A stretch of DNA of 64,000 nucleotides. Origin: Macrostomum hystrix. Lineage: Eukaryota > Animalia > Platyhelminthes. Shown piece by piece: positions 10,179 through 23,000 of the stretch; the first letter of the stretch is position 1; every line of letters begins with the position of its first letter. The translations under genes were made by a program, and so were the position numbers. The notes under the pieces were generated by a model. It made no database searches. It worked only from the letters and a program-made list of their open reading frames with translations, and was not told the DNA's origin. The stretch is from NCBI GenBank assembly GCA_950097015.1, contig CATNEN010000039.1:7874001-7938000 (forward strand). The letters run 5' to 3'.

Positions 10179-10997
10179 TCAGATTTCGGCTTCCCAGTCC
10201 ACATCCTTACGGCTTGTGTGCGATGACAGCTTTACAGTATATGGCGGCGGCAGAGCTGGCGCAAGCACTCTCTGTGTGCGCCAAATCTCGCGTTGGTGGC
10301 AATGGCTGCGCCGGCGCCGACGTCGCGCCAATCGCCGATTATCGTCTACTAGCTGAGCCAACAGCTGTCGAGCCTCCAGAAGGCCCTGGCCAGTGACGGC
10401 TGAAACCGCCAGCAGCTGGCAGGGGCGGCCCTCGGCCAGTAGGTCGAGTCTTAGGGCGTCGCGAATTTCAGCCAACGAGGCGCAGCCCGGCAGATCGCGC
10501 TTGTTGGCAAGCGCCAGCAGCGGTGCACCGGACAGCTCGACGCTGCCGTCAAGCACGGCGCCCAGTTCGTGCCCGGCCTCGCCTAATCTGGCACGGTCGG
10601 CTGCGTCAACAACAAAAACAATGGCCTGGGCATTGTCACACCGCGGTGCTGCGTAGTAGCGCCAAAGCGGACGAAGTCCCACAGCGCCGGGAACATCGAC
10701 GATATCGAAGCTTAGTGCTGAACGAACGCAACAGCCGACCGACGATGACGCTGAGTTCGTCGTTTTCGACTTCAATGAGGCAGCGTCGGTCGCGGTGTCA
10801 CCGTTCGGATCGATGAGTCGGTCTAACAGGCAGCTCTTACCAGCGCCGTCGAGACCCAGCAAGACGACGCGCGGTTTCGCCTTTTTGTGTTCGTCAAAAT
10901 ATTTAACGCCACCGATACGACTGTTGATGGAAGACGACAATGTCGGCTGCGGAGGTGCCAAGCAGGCACCGACCAGGCGGCGAAGTTGCTGGCCCAT
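10179..10997 (-). CDS. Intronless divergent ADP-ribosylation-factor-like (ARF/ARL) small GTPase
   Basis: MG start, VVLLGLDGAGKS (G1), DVPGA (altered G3), LRPLWRYY, AIVFVVDAAD, LANKRD (G4), SAVTGQGL (G5). Basic C-terminal extension. Confidence 0.85.
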   Translation of the reverse strand: MGQQLRRLVGACLAPPQPTLSSSINSRIGGVKYFDEHKKAKPRVVLLGLDGAGKSCLLDRLIDPNGDTATDAASLKSKTTNSASSSVGCCVRSALSFDIVDVPGAVGLRPLWRYYAAPRCDNAQAIVFVVDAADRARLGEAGHELGAVLDGSVELSGAPLLALANKRDLPGCASLAEIRDALRLDLLAEGRPCQLLAVSAVTGQGLLEARQLLAQLVDDNRRLARRRRRRSHCHQREIWRTQRVLAPALPPPYTVKLSSHTSRKDVDWEAEI

Positions 10998-11734
10998 TTT
11001 GCGGCTGCTATCCTTGGACAAAAACTTTCAGCCCTAAAGTTGGATAAAACTGGGACGCTTCACACAGGATTTACGCAGTATGCAGCTGGTCAGTAGGCTG
11101 TCCTCTGGCTTCAATATGTACATGCACCTATCTATCGGGTCTGATTTGAGCAATACATACTGCTATTGTTCAGACCAGTAACGATTTCGGTGCTAAAAAC
11201 CATAGTTTATTGGTTCAGAAGTGAGGTGCGTAGTGGCGGGCAGATTTACATTATGCATGAGAGCTGGACGTAAACTCTGCCTCTATCAAAAAGTATGAAC
11301 TACATTCGCTTCTGCTTCAATGCCCTAATACAGACCTTGCATAGCAACAACATCGCGTCATCAATAATCGATTTACAATTTAGCTTCCATCATTGTTTGA
11401 AAGTTTTCTAGCTTTTATGTCAATCTTTACAACAATCGCTGCAGGGAATACTCGCAAAATCCCATTTATTGATAGCACAGGGGACACAGATTAAAAAAAC
11501 ACGCACTTGATGAGTTTTTAGGGTGTAAGTGCGACGCCCCTCTCAATTTTTGTCGCGAAGCAACTTGAAACGAGTTTAAAATCAGGAGGAGGTTTGCGAA
11601 GTTACTTCTTGGTTTCTAGTCGCAGTTTTCATGTCAGTAGTGACATATGAAGACATCGATCTTTAAATAATGGCAGTAAAATTGCTTTGCTTAGGACACG
11701 GTTTCTACTTTTCTCGGCATTAGCTGAAGAACTG

Positions 11735-11880
11735 AAGGCTGCGTAAAGCTGTTCGGTAAATGGACTGGGGTAACATCTGGGTGAACTGAAGCAAAGACAA
11801 ATTGTTCCAGTGGAGTCGGGATTCGAACCCCCGACCTTTAAGTTGTGAGACCCACTCTCTATTAACTAGGCTGAAACCCG
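11735..11880 (-). mobile_element. SINE family B copy (tRNA-like head)
   Basis: Reverse of GGTCGGGGGTTCGAATCCCGAC (B box) plus CTTCAGTTCACCCAG and CCCCAGTCCAT, shared with 49653-49930. Confidence 0.65.
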
Positions 11881-14074
11881 TTATACTATGCGACGTTTAT
11901 TTAACTACTTGAATGTAATGCTAAATTATTTTGGAAAGAGAGCGGATCATATAGAGCAAGAGTTCCGATTAACTACTAACAGTAATACGTGTTAATATGC
12001 GTATTACGTACATAATAAACAGATGGGACAAATGAAGTTAAGGCTATAGATAAGGCAGAAAAAATATTCTGATGCACTTTGAGAATCCTCTTCAAGTTGA
12101 ACTTCGACCAGGATTTCAATTAGACTCAGCCTTAATACGAGAGCTACATCAACCCTGCATGCAAAGATCCCTTGAACTTCTTCGTGCCAGTGCATTATTT
12201 CAAAATCCACCCTGTCTGAACAGACGGCTAGAGGCTTGTACATGTAAACTGTATTCTTGTACTGCTCCCACGGCTTCAATGATTCGTGTAAGATATTATG
12301 CGAGCGTAAATTTTCGTTTAAAAAATCTGCGGAAGCAGATAAGCAAATGAATTGTAACTGATCAATCGATAAATGAAATAAAAAACTCAATATAGTAGTA
12401 TCTTTCGAGTATTTCAAGCCGCAAATGCAATGGAATCTACATGTCATAACAATGCAATAACTTAATACTTAAAATTGACTCAGTATAATAAATTGGTGTC
12501 AGAAAATAGCTGGAATAAATTTTGCGGCTACATTGTCCGTGTCTAGACACCGTAGAAGCCGTCGGTGTTCTTGCGCTGAAACCATTCTGTATTGTTCTTT
12601 GATCGCCTCTGTAATGAGTCACGACTTCATAATAGAAATTGAGTCTTCGCAGTAAGAGACAGTCTTTTCGACAAGCGAAAAGCGGCACAGCCTAGCCCTT
12701 TAGGCCGAGAATAAAATTTAGTAACCAAAAGATAAGGAGGGGTTGAAGGGGAAGAGGAGAGAGAACGGGTGGGCCAGAGCGTTAGGAGCTGAAAAAGAGG
12801 GGGGAGAGAGACGATCAGCTAGCCAATCAGAGATGAGGGAGAGGATAGAGTAGTGAAGGCTAGCTAAGAAGTTGAAGAGACCGAGGGAGAGAAGAGAAAG
12901 TACGATAAGAGCTCTGCAAGCGTAAACAGACACAGAGAAGGGAGAATTATTAGTCTATGGCACAACCTTACACTGTCGAAACGAGTTCACAGCGCCTGCA
13001 TCGAATCGATGGCGGCTCGTAGCTTGCACTACAAACCTGAAGTGCAATCTTTTGTAGCATCTCCAAATGTTCTGTGAATCTACCTATAATTACATTCCAA
13101 TCAGATCGACTTCGGGCGCAAATCATCCGAGTCGCAAGCAATTATTGTTTCTAAAGCCAATGTCAGGACTCTCGCAAACCAATGTCTCTCCGGGCACTCT
13201 AACTCTATGGACATCGATTACTGCCAGCGCTCTGGCTAATGTGTCACGTGCAGCGCCCTAATTGCAAACACACACACACATGCGCACTCACACTCGCTTA
13301 CACGAGTACTGCATGCAGAGTTGTCAAATTCCTTCCTGCGTGAGCAGGCCGCCCTAGGAATGGACGGTTAAAGCAATAGGCATTACACTAACACTTTCGA
13401 GATCCTCGGGGCGTGTCTCTAGAGAGACACGAGCGCAGACAGTGGGAGAGATTGGGCGTACTAAATATATCGATATAAAAGCGTCAACCACCAGCGACGC
13501 CCGCAGACTCAGAGGCCCACATCTCAGACAAGCTTCGCCTCAACTAGCAAACCAGCCCCGCTCGCACTCTGTTGGGACCGAAGGGGCAAGAAATAATTTC
13601 TTAGGTCTGCGTAATGGGAATTTTCGAATTGTTTTATATTATTTTATTTTTCACCCTTTAACAGCATTTAAAATAGAAGGAAGAAGGTGGAGTGAGAGGT
13701 TGCCACAGGAGAGACAGGGGAGAGCAAGAAAAGAAACAGACCAGATCCAGATAGATCGAGATCGATATTGCCCCACTCTGCGCCTTCTCCTACGAGAAGG
13801 GTCACTTGATCGGTCCGTAGATCTATTCAAATTGTTCCACCCCATTCGCTAGCTCTGCTCCCCTGCCTTCAGTATCAGCACCTGTCATTGGCTTTAAAGT
13901 CTGCTTTAGAAACTGACGCACAGACAGACAGACAGCCAGCCAGTCAGACCAGAAGAGCAAAGCTTTTTTAATGCAGAAAATCCCATTTGGGGATCAAATT
14001 GGCGCGCCCAGCACATAAAGCATTCTGATCGAGGGGCGCCGCTTTCGGCTTCCGGCCCTAGCGTCTGGCCCACA

Positions 14075-17000
14075 ATGCATTCGTTTCGCAGCGCGGTCGA
14101 CTTTGCGCGCAGCTCCAGTAGAGAGTGCCTGAGGCGCTGCCAACGGCGCGGTCTCTTCTTGTCTGTTGGCGGCGGCGAGACTGGCGGCAGCAGCGGTGAT
14201 ATCGGCGACGGTGAGCGGAGTGCTCAGGAGATTCTTGAGTACAGGCTGTTTCGAGAGTTCTGCGAGCCAGCAGCTACGCAGGATGGCGAAAAGGTAAACT
14301 TTGATTTCTATAAAAGTCCTTGTTTATCAACTTACTGTGAAAACCCGCGCTTTCGGAAAAGCAATCTTGATCTAAGTGCACTGGTTCGATACTCATTATA
14401 TTCGCATACGACAATGTCCTGACATCCTGGCTGAGTAATGATTGGTTAACTGATTATTAGGTTTTCATCAATTCTCCTGGTGAAACATGCATCCTAGCAT
14501 CATCGCCAGCTTTATTCTTTTATTAAAGAAACAGTTTATTTAAAAGAAAGTCAAACCTTAACTTTTTAGACTTAATTTGAATCTATTGTGTTTTTTGTCT
14601 GTCGAGAAAAGACAGTACGCTACTAATCTCATAAAAATATAATTTTCAACATCCCTGACTTCGCACTTTCAAAAACACTCCAGCACGGCAACTCCGTGGG
14701 CGGCCGCAACGGCGTTCTTGGTGGATACGCGGTGCGCCTCAGACAAAACCGATCGGTGTCCTGCTCAGAGAGCCTGCAGCGGGCGCATCACCGGCAGACA
14801 GAGACAGTCACGAACGGCTCCGCCTCAACCGCCGCCGCAGCCGACAATGTCGCCATTGCCTCCTCACCAAGTTGCAACGGTCCTGCGCCCAGCGTGAAAA
14901 TGCGAAGCCAGAGAACAGCCTCAAGCGTTTCACGACTGAGTAGAAAACTGCGGCAGTGTGAGGTTGTTCTGCTGGATGGCTCCGAAGCAACATTTTCAAT
15001 TGATGTGAGTTTCGTGGTAAACGTATTGGGGTAGCTCACTGAAGCATTGGTGGTAAAGGTATTGGTAGCTCACTGAAGCATCGGTGGTAAAGGTATTGGT
15101 AGCTCACTGAAGCATTGGTGGTAAAGGTATTGGAAGCTCACTGAAACATTGGTGGTAAAAGTATTGGTAGCTCACTGAAGCATCAGTGGTAAAAGTATTG
15201 GTAGCTCACTGAAGCATCGGTGGTAAAGGTATTGGTAGCTCACTGAAGCATCGGTGGTAGAAGTATTGGTAGCTCACTGAAGCATCGGTGGTAAAGGTAT
15301 TGGTAGCTCACTGAAGCATCGGTGGTAAAGGTATTGGTAGCTCACTGAAGCATCGGTGGTAAAAGTATTGGTAGCTCACTGAAGCATCGGTGGTAAAGGT
15401 ATTGGAAGCTCACTGAAACATTGGTGGTAAAAGTATTGGTAGCTCACTGAAGCATCGGTGGTAAAAGTATTGGTAGCTCACTGAAGCATCGGTGGTAAAA
15501 GAATTGGTAGCTCACTGAAACATTGGTGGTAAAAGTATTGGTAGCTCACTGAAGCATCGGTGGTAAAGGTATTGGTAGCTCACTGAAGCATCGGTGGTAA
15601 AGGTATTGGTAGCTCACTGAAGCATCGGTGGTAGAAGTATTGGTAGCTCACTGAAACATTGGTGGTAAAGGTATTGGTAGCTCACTGAAGCATCGGTGGT
15701 AAAGGTATTGGTAGCTCACTGAAGCATCGGTGGTAAAAGTATTGGTAGCTCACTGAAGCATCGGTGGTAAAGGTATTGGTAGCTCACTGAAGCATCGGTG
15801 GTAGAAGTATTGGTAGCTCACTGAAGCATCGGTGGTAAAGGTATTGGTAGCTCACTGAAGCATCGGTGCTAAAGGTATTGGTAGCTCACTGAAGCATCGG
15901 TGGTAGAAATATTGGTAGCACACTGAAGCATCGGTGGTAAAAGTATTGGTAGCACACTGAAGCATCGGTGGTAGAAGTATTGGTAGCTCACTGAAGCATC
16001 GGTGGTAGAAGTATTGGTAGCCCACTGAAGCATCGGTGGTAGAAGTATTGGTAGCACACTGAAGCATCGGTGGTAGAAATATTGGTAGCTCACTGAAGCA
16101 TCGGTGGTAGAAGTATTGGTAGCTCACTGAAGCATCGGTGGTAGAAGTATTGGTAGCTCACTGAAGCATCGGTGGTAAAGGTATTGGTAGCTCACTGAAG
16201 CATCGGTGGTAGAAGTATTGGTAGCTCGCTGAAGCATCGGTGGTAAAGGTATTGGTAGCTCACTGAAGCATTGGTGGTAAAGGTATTGGTAGCTCACTGA
16301 AGCATCGGAGGTAAAAGTATTGGTAGCTCACTGAAGCATCGGTGGTAAAACTATTGGTAGCACACTGAAGCATCGGTGGTAGAAGTATTGGTAGCTCACT
16401 GAAGCATCGGTAGTAAAAGTATTGGTAGCACACTGAAGCATCGGTGGTAGAAGTATTGGTAGCTCACTGAAGCATCGGTGGTAGAAGTATTGGTAGCTCA
16501 CTGAAGCATCGGTGGTAAAGGTGTTGGTAGCTCACTGAAGCATCGGTGGTAGAAGTATTGGTAGCTCACTGAAGCATCGGTGGTAAAAGTATTGGTAGCA
16601 CACTGAAGCATCGGTGGTAGAAATATTGGTAGCTCACTGAAGCATCGGTGGTAGAAGTATTGGTAGCTCACTGAAGCATCGGTGGTAAAGGTGTTGGTAG
16701 CTCACTAAAGCATCGGCGGTAAAGGTATTGGTAGCTCACTGAAGCATCGGTGGTAAAGGTGTTGGTAGCTCACTAAAGCATCGGCGGTAAAGGTATTGGT
16801 AGCTCACTGAAGCATCGGTGGTAAAGGTATTGGTAGCTCACTGAAGCATCGGTGGTAGAAGTATTGGTAGCTCACTGAAGCATCGGTGGTAAAGGTATTG
16901 GTAGCTCACTGAAGCATCGGTGGTAAAGGTATTGGTAGCTCACTGAAGCATCGGTGGTAAAAGTATTGGTAGCTCACTGAAGCATCGGTAGTAGAAGTAT

Positions 17001-20000
17001 TGGTAGCACACTGAAGCATCGGTGGTAGAAGTATTGGTAGCTCACTGAAGCATCGGTAGTAAAAGTATTGGTAGCACACTGAAGCATCGGTGGTAGAAGT
17101 ATTGGTAGCTCACTGAAGCATCGGTGGTAGAAGTATTGTTAGCTCACTGAAGCATCGGTAGTAGAGGTGTTGGTAGCTCACTGAAGCATCGGTGGTAGAA
17201 GTATTGGTAGCTCACTGAAGCATCGGTAGTAGAAGTATTGGTAGCACACTGAAGCATCGGTGGTAGAAGTATTGGTAGCTCACTGAAGCATCGGTGGTAG
17301 AAGTATTGGTAGCTCACTGAAGCATCGGTAGTAGAGGTGTTGGTAGCTCACTGAAGCATCGGTGGTAGAAGTATTGGTAGCTCACTGAAGCATCGGTGGT
17401 AAAAGTATTGGTAGCTCACTGAAGCATCGGTGGTAGAAGTATTGGTAGCCCACTGAAGCATCGGTGGTAGAAGTATTGGTAGCACACTGAAGCATCGGTG
17501 GTAGAAATATTGGTAGCTCACTGAAGCATCGGTGGTAGAAGTATTGGTAGCTCACTGAAGCATCGGCGGTAAAGGTATTGGTAGCTCACTGAAGCATCGG
17601 TGGTAAAGGTATTGGTAGCTCACTGAAGCATCGGTGGTAGAAGTATTGGTAGCTCACTGAAGCATCGGTGGTAAAGGTATTGGTAGCTCACTGAAGCATC
17701 GGTGGTAAAGGTATTGGTAGCTCACTGAAGCATCGGTGGTAAAGGTATTGGTAGCACACTGAAGCATCGGTGGTAAAAGTATTGGTAGCACACTGAAGCA
17801 TCGGTGGTAGAAGTATTGGTAGCTCACTGAAGCATCGGTGGTAGAAGTATTGGTAGCCCACTGAAGCATCGGTGGTAGAAGTATTGGTAGCACACTGAAG
17901 CATCGGTGGTAGAAATATTGGTAGCTCACTGAAGCATCGGTGGTAGAAGTATTGGTAGCTCACTGAAGCATCGGCGGTAAAGGTATTGGTAGCTCACTGA
18001 AGCATCGGTGGTAAAGGTATTGGTAGCTCACTGAAGCATCGGTGGTAGAAGTATTGGTAGCTCACTGAAGCATCGGTGGTAAAGGTATTGGTAGCTCACT
18101 GAAGCATCGGTGGTAAAGGTATTGGTAGCTCACTGAAGCATCGGTGGTAAAAGTATTGGTAGCACACTGAAGCATCGGTGGTAAAAGTATTGGTAGCACA
18201 CTGAAGCATCGGTGGTAGAAGTATTGGTAGCTCACTGAAGCATCGGTAGTAAAAGTATTGGTAGCACACTGAAGCATCGGTGGTAGAAGTATTGTTAGCT
18301 CACTGAAGCATCGGTGGTAGAAGTATTGGTAGCTCACTGAAGCATCGGTGGTAAAGGTATTGGTAGCTCACTGAAGCATCGGTGGTAGAAGTATTGGTAG
18401 CTCACTGAAGCATCGGTGGTAAAAGTATTGGTAGCTCACTGAAGCATCGGTGGTAGAAGTATTGGTAGCCCACTGAAGCATCGGTGGTAGAAGTATTGGT
18501 AGCACACTGAAGCATCGGTGGTAGAAATATTGGTAGCTCACTGAAGCATCGGTGGTAGAAGTATTGGTAGCTCACTGAAGCATCGGTGGTAAAGGTGTTG
18601 GTAGCTCACTGAAGCATCGGTGATAAAGGTATTGGTAGCTCACTGAAGCATCGGTGGTAAAGGTGTTGGTAGCTCACTGAAGCATCGGTGGTAAAGGTAT
18701 TGGTAGCTCACTGAAGCATCGGTGGTAAAAGTATTGGTAGCACACTGAAGCATAGTTGGAAAGTTGGTATCGACAGTCAGTTCTAAAAATGTAAATATGC
18801 TTTTATAAGCCGAGTTTTAACAATATCCCGTGTGCGTAGTTTAATTGAACATTTAGGCCTGTTTAAACAAGACCTTATTTAGGGGGTATCGTTATATTGC
18901 CACGAGAAAGAAATTTCATACTGAGGGAATGCGACTTGTTTGTTCAGTAGTCACTAACTAAAACCAACAAAGGCACTGATCACAAGGGACAACTGAATCA
19001 CAAGGGACATTAGATTTGTATTCTGTAGATTAGCATACTGTGAACGGCGAAAACTCATAAATAGGAAGCAAGCGCAAAAGCTGATGATGACTAACTTCTT
19101 GATTTAATTACACAGCCAAGCTCCAAGGCTCAAGCTCTGCTGGATCTGGTGTGTCAGTTTTTGTCCATCACAGAGCGGCAGTACTTTGGCCTCTGCTACA
19201 AGGACCCAGCTCTCGGAGTCTTCGTAAGCAACTGCGACGGCTGCCACCTCCGTAATCCTTCCGGGACGAACTTTCACTTGCCAGATCCTTCACGCACGAC
19301 CTCCAACAACACAGATCCTTCAGAGACGACCTTGAAGATACTTCAAAGACGACTTCCCAGATCCTTTAGAAACAACCTCTTAGATCATTAAAGGCAAGCT
19401 CCCGGCCAGATCCTTCAGGGACGACCTTCTAGATCCTTCAGGGACTACCTTCTAGATCAGTCAGGGACGACCTTCAAGATCCTTCAGGGACGACCTTCTA
19501 GATCCTTCAGGGACTACCTTCTTGATCAGTCAGGGACTACCTTCTAGATCCTTCAGGGACTACCTTCTAGATCCTTCAGGGACTAACTTCTAGATCAGTC
19601 AGGGACGACCTTCCAGATCCTTAGGGACTACCTTCTAGATCCTCAGGGACAACCTTCTTCAGGGACTACCTTCTAGATCCTCAGGGACAACCTTCTTCAG
19701 GGACTACCTTCTAGATCCTCAGGGACAACCTTCTTCAGGGACTTCCTTCTAGATCCTCAGGGACAACCTTCTTCAGGGACTACCTTCTAGAATATAGATC
19801 CTTAGGGACGACATCCCATAACCTTTAGGGGGGGTCACCAAGACGAAAATATTTTTTCTTTACCGCCTAGATCTTATTGCTGCTTGGCAAGTCCACGACA
19901 CCACGTAGAGTCTAGACATAATCGATTTGTTTGTTGTGGACCAAATAGTATTAAAAAACGGTTTTATTCATGCACTAAATTATTGACAGCATTGTAAAAT

Positions 20001-23000
20001 GCGACTCAAATGGGAATAGATGGGATTTTTGTGTATTTCCGAATTCCGATTCCAATCGATGCTGTCCTCACTTTTCCCACGAGGGCCGTTAAAATGAGAC
20101 CCAGGTCCCTGTTCTGGCTCTAATCAAGCTTTCATTTCACTCTGCCACACTCCGCCTTTGCAGCAATGGCTAAACAACGACAAGCGAATCGGCAAACAGC
20201 TGGACGGTGAGTTGAGTCTGTTAACATGAGGGGTGTCGGTGAGGGGTCGACTGCATAGTTGCACACTCTTAAATCTAAATAACTCAATAGACATCTGGAT
20301 TCCAATGAAAAAATACTATTCTTCAGATTTCATATCAGTTTTACAGCACAATATGGGAGGTTAGGAGTTCGAATCTGTGCTTAAAGGAAACGGTATCTTA
20401 CCTTGAACAGTAGAAAAGAACTCGCTATTTTCCCCCTGGGGAAAGACCACAGGGGGATTTCAAGTTACCCTATCCTACTTCACGAAATCTCCCAAACCAA
20501 ATGACCGATTTTTGTGAAAATACATCAAATAGATCAACATTTAAGCCATTTACGATAAACTAAGTTTCAAGTTAAGCCGTCCGACGTCAGCATTTTTGAG
20601 ATATTCAACTATTCTTGTCGACGATCCTTGGGAATCGACGATGCCGATGTTTATGATTCTGGAAGCTATTTCGTCGTATAAAGTGGAAAATTTCAGCCAA
20701 TGTTCTGGATTTTCATAGCGATTGGTTGAATATTTCGGGAGAAGCAGACAAAGAAGAAAATTCTAAGAATTTGAAATACCCCCATGATCTTTCTACCCTT
20801 AAGCAACGCACCAGTTTTCTCTTGATTGGCTCAATTTAACCAACTGTAGCTCGCAATATAAGTACCAGCATGCGCTGGAGTAGAAATTTGTGTGGGAGGC
20901 GATTGTCCTCGCTTTGCATGTGCCTTTGCAATTGACACGGCTGTCACTGGTTAAATAGCTGGCCCAACTTTAACGCTGCGCTACCTAACTTGATATCCCT
21001 GAACAGAATAAGGTCTCTTACAGTGTACCCACTGAATACCGTTTTTCCTGACCAGTATAGAGTTGGCTGACTGACTGTTCCCAAAGCGGAGAACAGATGC
21101 ACCACCCACCTGCAGAAAACACAGATAATTTCAGCTCATGTTTACTGATTGTTAAACTTATTCTTAAGCACGTACCCATTTAAGATGCAATTCAAGGAAG
21201 CTAAGAAAATAGCAAAAAGATTTATTAAGGTCATTCCGAAGTGATTTTGTCAAGCATAATCTGAGAGACTTGAACGAAAAAATTTGCTCGTTCGAAACTT
21301 TATTGATGTTTTTACGAATTAAAGATTCAGCATACGCGAAAATGTTAAATTAAATCTAAAATAATTTCTGCTTCAAAAGGTAGAAAGAGTTAAAGAATTA
21401 CACTTTTTTCTTTTGCTGTATTATAATTTGACCGCAGCAGATTTAGAAACAGAAAATTGTCTGCAGTGTTTTATTTAATTAGTGCGTCAGAATTGAAGAG
21501 AAGTAATTGAGTAGTGAGCCAGGCAGGCTTTGCATTGCATTGTAATACTTAGTTGTAATCGATTTTTACTAAACTTTGAAGCCACCTGGCCTACCTGGCG
21601 ATTGGACTTCGCTGTGAAATTCTACCCGGCTCGGCCAGAGAGCCTGTCCGACGCCAGCGCGAGAAGCTGCGTGGCCTTGCAGGTGCGTCAGTGCTTGGTG
21701 ACAGGCCGGCTGCCCTGCTCCATTGTCGGCTACGCCCTACTAGGTAGCTACCTGATGCAGAGCGAACTGGGCGACAGACGCATCGGCCTTGATGTCGACG
21801 AAGCTGATGTCGACGAACCGGCGTTTTGCCCGCCGGAGGTGCTGACGGCTCAGCCTGGCGTGGCGCGGTTAGCCCGGAGGCTGCACGCCTGCCACGCCGG
21901 CCTGGCCAGTCGGGACGCCGAGCGAGACCTGCTGGCGAACGCACGTCGACTGGCAGCCTACGGCTTGGACGTCCACGCGGCTAGGTGCGTCAAGGGCGAC
22001 AGAAACCGCGACGATCGTAAAGAGGTCGACGGCGAGAGTGAAGTACTGGTCGGCGTCTGCGCCGACGGGCTGGTGCTGATGCGGCCGGAGGGGCTACTGC
22101 GGCTGGCGCGGCTGACCTGGCCGCGAGTCACTGCGCTGACTCGACGCGGTCGAGAGGTTCGTGTGGCTCTGCGTCGACAGCCGCTGGCAGCGACGCCCTT
22201 AACGGTGGCGACGGCGTCAGCAACAGCAACTACTACCATGCGACTGCGTTGCGACAATGGTCGGATGGCGAAACGTCTGTGGCGCTCGGCGGTGGAGCAC
22301 CACGCATTCTTTAGGTTTGACTTTTTATTTGAGAGGAAGAATAGAGGGTGGTTTGTTGAGAGTGAGATTGATAGGAATATTGAGTGCTGCCCAAAGACCA
22401 TGCGCTCTTCCGAATCTTCCAGGCTGAAGTCTCGCGACAGCTCAACTCGAGAGCGAATCCAGAGCGGCACGGTCCGCCTGAGCAGAAGCTGCTCAAACGG
22501 AGTCGGTTTCGCTGGCCGGGCTTCGTCGACCTACTTGACGACTCCCAGCAACGCGGCTTTGCAGAGATCCACTTCATTGCCATATCAGAGACGCGCTGCC
22601 TCTGTGAACCCGGTCGGAGGTGAGCTCTGCCACAGATTGAGCTGGTGGAGGGTGGCATCAGTTTGAATATGTGGCGAGGACTGGTTTAGAAACAGCTCCA
22701 CGTTTAAAACTGTATTTAATTCTTCCATTTCTATAGACATTGGAGGAAGACCCGCGACTCTGGTGACACCAGAGGATGTCGACGACTCCGCCTGCCGGTC
22801 CGGGGTTGCTCCTAGCAACCGGGAGTGCTATGCTGAAGTTGCCCATGATGCCTCAAAGATTTTGGCCAGAGAAGCTGCTGAGTCACAAAGCGTCTGGTGT
22901 GACGAGCAGTTCGATCAAGCATCGATTGTGAGTAATGTCACAATCAATGGGCGTGTACAGCCTAGTTTTCAAGCAATGAGTTTTGCCAAGGCTAATCAAT

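Noticed and set aside
11812-11880. tRNA gene
   Set aside because: It is the head of dispersed SINE-B with SINE body attached; no convincing cloverleaf.
12004-12447. 147-aa minus-strand ORF / possible orphan exon
   Set aside because: No recognisable domain, AT-rich, and no partner exons found.
15025-18752. CRISPR array (34-bp repeats)
   Set aside because: Head-to-tail repeats without unique spacers, inside a eukaryotic intron; no cas genes.
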